The notes under the pieces were generated by a model. The model did not search any database, was not told the origin of the DNA, and worked only from the letters and a program-made list of their open reading frames with translations. The translations under genes were made by a program, and so were the position numbers. Source: Raillietiella orientalis (taxonomy: Eukaryota). From it: a stretch of 64,000 bases of DNA. The stretch is from NCBI GenBank assembly GCA_036172245.1, contig JAYWIR010000001.1, positions 868,001-932,000 of the forward strand, in the 5' to 3' direction. This document shows positions 1 to 9,900 of this stretch, piece by piece (within the stretch, counting starts at the first letter, position 1; each line of letters opens with the position of its first letter).

Positions 1-2129
1 GTATTGGCAGGCGCTTGTAAGATGGGACCTCAGTATTATTTAAGATTCACGAAGACCGTACAGCTAAGCAGATGTATTGCACAAACCCCCGGACTTAAAG
101 ATTTCTCGCTGGAGATTTCTTATTCCGTTTGCTTTTTTATTTCCCAGTTCGGATACTTGGGTCATCCCTCAACTTTTATTTGGAAGTCAGACAGCCCCTC
201 TGTTGAGGCAATCTCCGCTTCTTTGATCCTCTTGAATCTCCCTGTTTCAAAGGAGGTTTCAAGATTCACTCAAGGTGAAACCAGGGAGCAGCTGCATGTT
301 TTATTTTTATTCATACTCGCCATTACTTTGAACTGATACAGCCTCCTGACTTTGTATCCAGACTATTCTCGCTTGGACATGAAGTAGTCTCTAAACAGAC
401 TGTTTCATGTCCCTACTTTCAACAACAGTTGCCCAACATTCCGACCACCAAAGGCGAGCACTTTCAGCTCTCTGAAGGCGGTGGCTTTGGTTAGGAATAC
501 ACGTGACGAATTATCCGGCTTGGGGAACCTGCAGCAAGAGGACTGAGTTTTTGCAGCAGCAAGTCCAAATTCATTCTTTACGTCCCTCCTCTCTGCTAAT
601 AGATGTGTTCAATTGATTTCTTCTTCATGTTTTATTGAATGCTTTGCATATCTTTTTCCACCTTATTATGAACTGCTTTCCGATATATATATATTACCAT
701 CCCACCTTGCTTTCTGACCTGGCTTCCACTGCATCTTTCCACCTTCGTTCAGCGATTCTTCCAGAGAAGCTTCTTTAGGGTGGATCATTTTTTTGGTTCT
801 CATCGGATGACATGGATTCGTTCTAAGCTTTCTTTCGAGAAATCCGAGTTCTCGAAATTCCTTTTCGTAGAGATGGGTTCCATGACCAACTTGTAAGGAG
901 GGAGGCTGGCGGTGCAAGGAGCGCAAACGGATTCTCACTTCAGACACCCAGTTTTTTCGGACCTTTTTGAGTCGAATATCAAATGTCATAGCATTTAATG
1001 TTCACGTGGGCCAATGCTCTGCATTGGATGTGGCTAAAAACAAAAAACAAACCAAAAAAAAAAAAAAAACAGTTCATCGATCTACCGATACTGAGTACCA
1101 AGACTTGAAATTAACCCAGTTCATGGATTGTGATGTCTCCTTTTTACGATCTGTTTGTCGGCTATTCCTGACATCGGCTTAATATGAATGGGTTCGTATC
1201 GTCATGGGACTGGGAAAAACTTTGGAATGCTTGCTGCTCCAGTTTGAACCTTGAGTCATTTACTATGGCCGCTGTATCTTTGTTTAAATCTCTGTTTTAG
1301 AGAAATTAGATTCTCTTACATTCTCCGATGATGTTTTCAATCTTTTCCCTCACGTTTGTATGTATCTTCTTTCATGTTTAAGAGAATAATTCTGACCTGT
1401 TTCCAAATACTTCCAGCTGGAAATGTTTCGGGTTTGGATGTTTTTGTTTTACTTTCGACGTTACCTCCAACGTTTCCTCTTACTGCTGAAATTAAAGCCG
1501 CAATCATTCCCCATGAATGCTTTTTACGTCGGGAAAAAAAAATGTCTCTTTTTTTTTGATACAAAATGCTACATTTTTTCTGATTTCACTTGTAATTACC
1601 GCGAAATGAAAACCCATGATCTCCTTCCATGCTTACATTTTCGGCGGGAGCTTTTTATCGTTCATTGCAAAAAGACCTGATCGGTCTCCACCCAACAACA
1701 GGATGAAACCCAATGCTGTCCAATCAACCAACTAACCAGTTTGAAACTTTCTTTGTTTTAAAACACGTATTTTTTCCTTCTTTTGAAAACGCTCCTTGCT
1801 ACACGTCAACGCAGGTTATTTCCCATTTGTGGAGCCACTGCTATTTGCGATTTAGGTTGGGAATGGTATTCCATTCCCTACCTAAATCACTTCGGCAGCC
1901 TATCAGGTCCAGGTCCAGGACAGCTTTTCTTATCACCTTGGAAATCTACACTGATTCTTCCCGATATCGGATCGGAAAAGAAGTGCCTTTTCAACAAGGT
2001 ACTAGCCGCTCGTTTCGAAGCACGCAGACCGAACTCCATCGCTTTTGCTTCCTTGAACTTTGGGAACCCGTCACAGGAATGCAAAACAGATTACTCATTG
2101 GGAAAAAAGTACCGTAATTACACAGCCCG

Positions 2130-2570
2130 TGTCGGCTAGCGTGTGGCTGGGGTCTGTACGAGCGGAACCATCACTCCCGCACCCGCTCTTCGACGGAGGT
2201 GGCCTCCAAGGACTGTAGCGGAGGCTGCCTTCAGCACTCTTGCAACAGAGGGACGCAGAAATGGACATCACGAGCCGCTTCTTCACGCGCATCGGCTTCT
2301 CGACAGGTGCGGTCATCGCAACGACCTGTTGCATCCGTGCCATCGTCATGCCCACTCATGTATTGGAATCGCCAGCGGTCCCAACAGAGGTCACCAGGAT
2401 TGCAGCCTCCAACATGAGGACGGCTGCCAGGTGGCCTCAGCTCAGCGAAGAAGCAAGGTAGGAACTCGCCGGCATTCAGCGCCGGTTCTGAAACGATGGA
2501 ACAGCAGAAGCCAAAGACCCCTGTCCCCTCCCCTCCCCACCATATTTTTTTTTGTATTTCTTATGTCTAT
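2130..2570 (+). mobile_element. Degenerate non-LTR retrotransposon ORF2 C-terminal fragment
   Basis: Translation MRTAARWPQLSEEAR*ELAGI...DP resembles MSMATRWLHLENNIQQDLASI...DPFL (5.7 kb copy) and RTSSRWLHLGSIRTELAR...NPFL (49.1 kb copy), followed by the same C-rich then T-rich tract. Confidence 0.5.
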
Positions 2571-2684
2571 TTGTGGTTTCCTCCCTCCTATTCCGGACTT
2601 TCAGAGGGGACTCCTCCCCTTGAACTTCTTGTCCCTTTGCCTGGGAACTTTGTTTCCAGATGGTTTGTTCTTACATGGATAAAT

Positions 2685-2850
2685 GTCCTGGCGCAACAGG
2701 TTAAGAAACGAGCGGTACCACATTTCGCGGGTTCGAATCCTCATTTGGAAGATTGACGCCAGAGAAAAATGGGTGCGCCATGGGTTTCCAGTTTCCCCCG
2801 CAGGATGACGCTGGTTGGCTTCGGATGACGTCAGGTGTGGCACTGGTTGA
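2685..2850 (+). mobile_element. tRNA-derived SINE head
   Basis: A-box-like TGGCGCAACAGG (2689-2700) and B-box GGTTCGAATCC (2730-2740) without a complete cloverleaf. Downstream TGGAAGATT resembles the 9.6 kb copy. Confidence 0.5.
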
Positions 2851-3940
2851 TATCCGGTCACGCCAGGGCGTTTATTTATAAAACAAACCTACATGTCTGT
2901 GGCAGGACGCATGATCCTGCCACGTTACTTATGAATACGAAAAGGAAGCTGCCGGAAACTGGCCCTCAGGCCAGCAGGGTGCGCCTCGGCAGCACAGGGG
3001 AAGGGGAGACAAACAAAAAGAAAAAAACAAAACAAAAAATGAAATGAAAAAATGGGGAGAGGAGGCTTGGGAAGGGATCACTGTGTGAGGGAGGGCGTCC
3101 TCTGCATCCTTGTAAGGATACCGGCAAGTTCCTGTTTTATGGTTCCCAGATGGGGACATCCTGACGCCATCCTCATAAAGACAGCAAAGTAGATGGAGTC
3201 CCTGTCGTTCTGGCCTCCTCTTCTGTCGTTGCTCCCCTATGCAGCCACGGTCCCTCCGCGTGGGCAGCAAAGTGCTGCTGGGGATGCGGCCTGCGTGAGG
3301 GCGTCTCGCAGGAAGAGGCGCTTTACAACGTCTCTGGCGTTGCCGCTGGCGGTTCCAAGGGTCGTGGCCAAGCGTCCCCAAAGGGGCTGGAGGGAAAACA
3401 GTCCACTAGGAGCTGCGGGAAGAATTCCTGCTCCCCGCACCTTGCACAGATTGGATTTACACACACCAGTGTTCACAGATGCCGGCAGGAGTTGCACGGG
3501 AGGCCCCAGTGCAGCAGCATCAATGCCGACTCCTGCCACTTTAAGGGGTGCAAGTGCGGGTGTTCATGAGCACCGGGGGACACTGCAGGTCTTCCTCCGG
3601 AATACCCAGTAGCACGCCCCGACCCAAAATTCCACGAGGTCGAGCACTCGGGGTCGCAGCGTCAGTGAGCTGGCCCGTCGTCCACTCGCTCAGCCTTTTT
3701 CTCCTTCTGGAGATTTCCACAGGAACCTCCCATCTAGCCGTACGGTTACTGCCCATATGCTCCCAAAGGGAGGGCAACGCACCGGAAAGGGAGGTTTGCC
3801 CATGCACTCTTCGCGGGATCTCTCGGATCCAATTGTTGCGCGCGTACAGGAAACGTCGCACCTGTTCCGCTCTTGGCTCCTGGATCATCGCTCACATGCG
3901 AACGGTTCCCTGCAACCAGGCAGTACCGTTCGCGGTGCCG
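2851..3940 (-). mobile_element. L1/Tx1-like retrotransposon 3' portion (degenerate zf-RVT-type knuckle plus 3' UTR)
   Basis: Minus translation KWQESALMLLHWGLPC...CARCGEQEFFPQLLVDC, homologous to the 39.6 kb copy; ends in a stem-loop then AATAAACGCCCTGG. Confidence 0.75.
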
Positions 3941-4500
3941 CACTGGTGGAAGCCGGATGCCCTCGCTGACTGGCCAGGGTTGGAAAATGACCCTCTGGGG
4001 TCCTTCCAGGAATCAAGGAACCTTTCGGGGTTCCCCCCTGATTGTGAAAATGGGGACTTACCATGGAGCTGGTTGACACCGCCTCTGAGGGATTGCTTTT
4101 CCAGAATGTCAGAAGCGCACATCTCCTTTCGGAAAAATGTGGAAGCGTCCCTTCGGGTCCTCTTCGGAGGAGGAAACAAGGAGCAGTTCTCTTGCGGGTT
4201 CCCTTCGGAGAAATCCAGGAGCTGATCTTCCCGCGTTCCCTTCGGGGTTCCCCTCCCAGGCGTAAGAGGATCCGATTCCTTCCTCCGGAACCTTCCTGGA
4301 TTTCATAAAGTGATCCTATGGGGTTTCCCCCTAACAAGAAGAGTTGCACGCACCCCTCTGGTGGCGTGGACAGTGTCAAAGAGCTCCGTGAGCATCCCCT
4401 TCCCTCCTCTTCCTCCGAAGAGGCGAATGGTTCTTCAGCACTTGGCGAACCAAAAAAAAGGAGAAGAAGAAAAAACGGAAGGAAAGCAGCGAGAACAGAG
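3940..4500 (-). mobile_element. Dispersed repeat module, copy 1 of 3; putative 5' end of the same retroelement
   Basis: Shares TCCTTCCAGG.ATCAAGGA, TTGTGAAAA..GG...TACCATGGAGCTGGTTGA, CCTTCCTGGATT and CACGCACCC...GTGGCGTGGAC with 7755-8350 and 48030-48640. Minus-strand peptide NQLHG..PFSQ..GNPE..LDSWKD is conserved with copy 2. Confidence 0.7.
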
Positions 4501-4896
4501 AAAAAGCATGGTGACTACTTCGTGGGACTCTCTCAAGGCTGCGAACAAATCTACCGAAGGTACTCAGGCCATCTGCACCTGCGTCATCTGGTTGGGTTTC
4601 TGGTTATTCGAATCACCGACAGCAAGGAAGATGAAACTAGCCTCCAAAAAGAGGTGCTGCGAAAAGCTTTAGAAATGCTGCATTTGTCAAAATGCAACCT
4701 CTCCCCAAATTTTTGCATTCTTGTAAAGATCCACAGGCGTGAGCACGCACGAATGCTAGGAAACGAAACTTTCCTTTTTCAGAGGTGATGGTCACGACGT
4801 GTGCAGAAACGTACAAAAATGCACCACCGTAACATCGTAAATTGGAGAGCCGCTCATTGAAAATATTCTGGCAACATGATAGAAGATTGTCTAGTG

Positions 4897-4897
4897 C

Positions 4898-4945
<48 letters not shown>
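4897..4945. repeat. (CA)n microsatellite
   Basis: Directly visible CA run. Confidence 0.9.
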
Positions 4946-4947
<2 letters not shown>

Positions 4948-5439
4948 AAGTAACCTTCTCAGTAGAGATCGCCAGGCGTTTGTTTTATTGCTTAAGTTTA
5001 CAATTTAACACTCTTGAGAAAATGGGATGCCTCGGATGCCTTGTCTGTCCATCTGGGGCGTTCGTCGCCCTTCATTCTGTTGCTTCCTCAGAATCTTACC
5101 TTCCGTTTTGTGAGAGCTGACCGCTGGGATTTTCCGGTTGTATCGGAGTTTCCGTCTCCCGTGTTGTTCCTCCCGTGATGTGGACTGCGTAGCTGTTCTG
5201 GAGTCCCGGATACACGAGGCCACCATCCGGTGCCCCATCCTCTCCGAGTGCTTTTCAGGAACTCCAAGATCATGCAGCACTTCCTCGTTATCTGGGTACC
5301 AGGTTCCCAGTGAGAGCATGCATCCTGCATCGCTTTCCTTCCTTGCTTAGCTAGAGGACTGCTTCCTTGTATTTTTCCAGTTTGTTCCTTGTCAGGTGCG
5401 GGGAACACGAATCCCTCCCCCATCTGCTTGTAGATTATG

Positions 5440-5985
5440 TGTTGTCCTTGGGCCCCTCTGGGAACGCTTCGCCGCGACCCTAGGAATCCCCGGAGTCAAC
5501 TCCAGGGACCCTCTGAAACCCTCTTCGTTCGCGACGCCATCCGTCCCGCAGCCTCGCTAGCAGCTCTTTGCTACCAACGCGGGATTGTCTCAGCATGGAG
5601 CGACGCAAGGGGAGGGCGGAGAGACAGGAGTGCCACATCCACTTTGCCGACCGCTTCATGAGCATGGCAACAAGATGGCTCCACCTGGAAAACAACATCC
5701 AGCAAGACCTTGCCAGCATCCTCCAAAAGATGCAGGGATGGTCCCCCCCAGCAGAACGTGACCCCTTCCTGCAGCCGCCCCCCCCAAAGTTTATTTGTTT
5801 TTATTTATTTATTTATTTTTCTTCTTTTGTTTGTCCTCTCCCCTCTGCTGCCGTGGCGGACCTGACCGATCTGCCTACCAGGTTAAATTGCACTTGGTTG
5901 GACTATAGGTCTATCCACAGAGACCAGAATTGTTTATTTATTTATTTTTTATACGAAATAAACGCCCCGGCGCACCCAGACAAGA
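5440..5985 (+). mobile_element. L1/Tx1-like retrotransposon 3' end fragment
   Basis: CAGCTCTTT...CGGGATTGT..CAGC.TGGAGCGA matches 39850-39895; ORF2 C-terminal peptide; hairpin 5896-5916; AATAAACGCCCCGG. Confidence 0.7.
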
Positions 5986-6325
5986 ATCCAGCTTGTTCTT
6001 TCTGGATGTGCTGAACCCCTCTTTCCCACCCTCGAACGGGCAGCAGATGTCCAGAACCACTGTTCGATTTCCTTTATTCAGTACCAGGTCAGATCTCAAG
6101 GGGGAGTCCGTTCCTGGAGCTCTCTAGTTGGTCGCCACTAGGGCCCACTTTGCTTCATCCACCGCGGCCATCTTGATGAATCCCTGGATCGTGCAGTGAA
6201 CAGATGAAAGTGCCTCTTGCATCGGTTTCGGTCCCAGCGTTTCCCAAGCTATGTTCCGCGGGAAGTCAACAAGTGTTCCGTGAAAAATTATGACAATTAA
6301 TACATTTTTTTAAAATGCTATTAAG

Positions 6326-6331
6326 TTTATT
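6326..6331 (-). promoter_or_regulatory. Candidate polyadenylation signal of the sev-like gene
   Basis: AATAAA on the minus strand in an AT-rich island about 600 nt past the stop at 6931; a second AATAAA lies at 6467-6472. Confidence 0.4.
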
Positions 6332-6399
6332 TTACTATTTTCATGTTGTTCCGTTTTACATAATTAAAGTTTGAGAATAAATGTTTGTTTTGTTTTCTT

Positions 6400-6510
6400 A
6401 ACCCGGCAGGCTACCGTTAAATTGCGCGCGGTTGGACCACTGGTCCAGCCACAGATTTCGAAAACATTTATTTGTTTCTATGAATAAATGCCCCGGGGCA
6501 ACCGGGTGGA
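6400..6510 (+). mobile_element. Extreme 3' end (about 110 bp) of the same retroelement family
   Basis: CTACC.GTTAAATTGC...GGTTGGAC...CCACAGA...TTTATTT...AATAAATGCCCCGG aligns with 5875-5970. Confidence 0.65.
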
Positions 6511-6930
6511 AAACGAACCACGCAGTGAGAATGGAAACCATGGGCAGGAGTCGTCGTCTCCACCGCCGTTTTCGAAGAAACTCTCGGGTGACATGGGCAC
6601 TCGCAGGCACTCGGGAAAGCACCCATTGTGGGGGGAGGGAGTGGCCGCCTTCCAAACCGTACATGACTTCGCTTTGTATGAGCAGAAAGGCTGGTATACC
6701 AACACGAGTGCATATTTCCAATGAAATAACCACGGTTTTCCTAGAGGCTGATGATGATGACGATGACAAGGATGACGAGGAGGAGGAAAACATTCTGGTG
6801 CGTAGTAGTAAAAAATAAGAGATTCTGACTAGATTTTTTTTTTTCCCTGCACTCTGCGCCGAATGGGGAACCTGGGAGGCTGCAGCCACCCGAAGGAGGG
6901 AAAAATCACCTTGCAGAGCGCCTTCCCTCT

Positions 6931-9900
6931 TCATCTGATCAGGAGGCTGTACTGGGACATGTTCTTCATCTGTTCGTAAAGGAAGTTCCTTTCTTCGGGG
7001 TGCGAGGAGTCCACTTCCTTGACCACGTTCACATTCTTGTAGCGTTCCGGGACCTGGCAGTTGACGTAGTGGCCGAAGCTGCTCTCCAGCTGACTGTGGA
7101 CCGCCTTCGGGATTTCGTAGCTGCAAGGACTGAGATCCGTGGACAGGCGTTCCTCCCCGATCAGCTCCAGGTACGAGTGTGGGCGATCCGGAATCTCCCG
7201 ACCTGCCTCCTCGAAATCCGCGGTCCGCACTGAAAAGATGGCGCCATCAGCAGGATTTTGACCGAACGTCCCACACTGTCGGTGCCAGCCAAGCGGCACC
7301 TTCGAGCAAAACGTAAAGGTGCGACCAGCATCCTCGAGCGGGAGGCTGGCTGCAAAAAAGTCCGGAGAGCGCACCGCAGCGCGGGATAGGAGGGTGATCC
7401 GGGCGCACCTCTGCCGCCACCGTGCGCCTTCGGGGATCCCTCTCCCTATTCCGAAGAGAGCAGCGCCCCCAAAGTTCTCTTCCCACAGAAGGAGGGAAGC
7501 GAGGTCCCTCTCCCCTTACAGAAGGCTTCAAGCCAATCGCCCGCGCCCTTCCGGCCGGAGGGATTCAGACGTTTTTCCACGCGCTCCCAGCCACTCGGGC
7601 TGGGCGCGTGTTGCGGGGCACCTGGAATCCGAGGGGTAAGCGGAAATGGGGGTCTCCCGAAACAAAGAACCAACGCCGCGATCCCACCCGGGGAAGGATC
7701 GACGCGCCAAGAACAGAGAGGGGTGAGTCGCGGGTTGAGAGTTCCGCCGTAAGATGATTCTGGTTGGCCTCGGTTGGATTCGGGTTAGGCGCTGGTGAAA
7801 GCCGGAGACTGGATGCCTCCGTTGACTGGCCATGATTGGAAGTCAACCCATCAGAGTCCTTCCAGGAATCAAGGAGCCCTTCAGGGTTTCCCTCCGGTTG
7901 TGAAAAGGGGGCCGTACCATGGAGCTGGTTGATATAATTTGGGGGGGCTGCCTCTCCAGAGTGCAAGAAGTGCGCTGCTCCCTTCGGGAGGGTGCTCCTC
8001 AGAGGAAACGGAAAGCGTCCCTTCGGGGTTCTCTTTAGAGGGGAAAACAAGGAGCGGATCCTTTCCCGGGGGCCCTACCTGAGAAAACAAGGAAGAGGTT
8101 CCCTCCGGAAACAATCAGGTACATGGTTCCCCTACCAAGAGTAGGAGGAACGGACTCCTTCCTTCCTCAGGAGCCTTCCTGGATTCACAGGGTGTTCCCC
8201 TCCTCCCGGAGTACCCCCTATATCTTGAAGAGTTGGCACGCACCCCCGAGTGGCGTGGACAGTGTTTGAAGAGCTCTGTGACCTCCCTCCCCCTAAATAG
8301 GCTGACAGTTCTTCAGCAGTCCTTGAAAACCAGAAAAAGAAGAAAAATTCCGGCGATAGGAACGCCTCGGGGCATAATCTTGACGGAGGTCTCTGACCCG
8401 ACTACCCCGATTTGACGGACTCCTACCCTCCGACGGCACGGTACCCCGCGATCCCACCCCTGGTCACCTCCTCGTGGCGCAGCGGAAGAGTGCCCTCGTC
8501 CTAAGCGCCATTCATCCCCGCCGATGCGGGAGATGAGGAGCGAGGAGGGCAGGTCTCCTCACCTTGCACGGGCTGCACGTCCTCGTACAGCTTGATCCCG
8601 GCTAGCCGCCTCATCTGCTCCGTGTAGCGCTGCAGGTAGTCGAGGCAGTACCGGAAGGAAGGCCTTTCTTCCGAGTCGTAGCTCCAGCATCTCAGGAGCA
8701 GACCGTATCTGCAACAGGAAAAAAATCTTCCCTCTTCCTGGAGGGGGATGAGCACCCTCACATTTCGCTGGGGCAGTAGAGCGGCGAGCTCATTTTCCCG
8801 CGGCTTATGACGAACTTGTACACGTCATCGTTCGACAGGGTGGGGTACGGCTGGTTGCCCAGGGTGAGCACCTCCCACAGGAGGACCCCGAATGACCAGA
8901 CGTCGGAATAGATGGTGAAGACTCCATCCTTCAGCGACTCTGGAGCCATCCATCTGCCGTCGCAGGGAGGGGAAGGGGGACGTCACGAGGGAGGTCATCG
9001 CGGGTCAATGCCAACCTGATCGGCAGGCGTCCTTGATTCTTCTTGCGGTAGTAGTCGCTCTTGTAGATATCCCTCGCCAGCCCGAAGTCAGCGATCTTGA
9101 CCTTTCGTTTCGAAGGCTCCCTCGTGCTTATTAAGCAGTTCCTGCAGGCGAGGTCCCGGTGGACGAAGTGCATCTCCTCCAGGTAGCAGCACCCTTTGAC
9201 CACGTCCATGCACATGTCGAGTAAGTCTTGCAGGAGTAAGCAAGACGGATTACCCTTCAAGAAGAATATAAAGAAGGAGAAGGGGAAAACACACACACAC
9301 GCACGCACACACATAATCATCCTCGCGTGGATTGCGCTGGCGCTGCTCGTGCGCAGGGTCGTCCGGGTGGTCTTCGAGGGCAAATCATTGAGGTCAGGAG
9401 AACGAAGAAAGGTACGGGAGGAAGCTGGGGCTTGTTTGCGCTGTGCAGGCGCGTCCGCGTGTGTCTCAGTGGCCATCCGATACACTAGGAGGCATCTGCC
9501 GGACGCGTCCGCTGGCACGCACGCACCTGGACACGGTCCAGACGACGGCCATCCTTAATACCCGCTCGACGACCACCGTCCCGCGAGAGCGCCTGGCTCA
9601 GTGGCGAAAAAGCCTCGCGCCCAAGCAAACGATCGGCGCGTTCGAATCCCGTCAATGGAAAATTCCCCTCCCACGCGCGCACCTTTTCTTCTTCATCGTT
9701 GAAATGCACCGTTCCGAGAACCGGCCTCAGGTTATGTCTGTGTGCCATGAGGGAAGCGTGGGCGGGAGGGAAGGAGAAACAAGGGCGGCGCATCCTCCCA
9801 GGATCGACCCTTGACTTGTCTTTGGATGGGAACTCCCCCCTCATCGCGGCGACACCGAGTTGGAGAAAGTCAACTCACGTGCGATGGACGATTGGATCGG

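Noticed and set aside
9590..9668. Intact tRNA gene
   Set aside because: A and B boxes are present, but there is no convincing acceptor stem or anticodon arm; treated as a SINE head.
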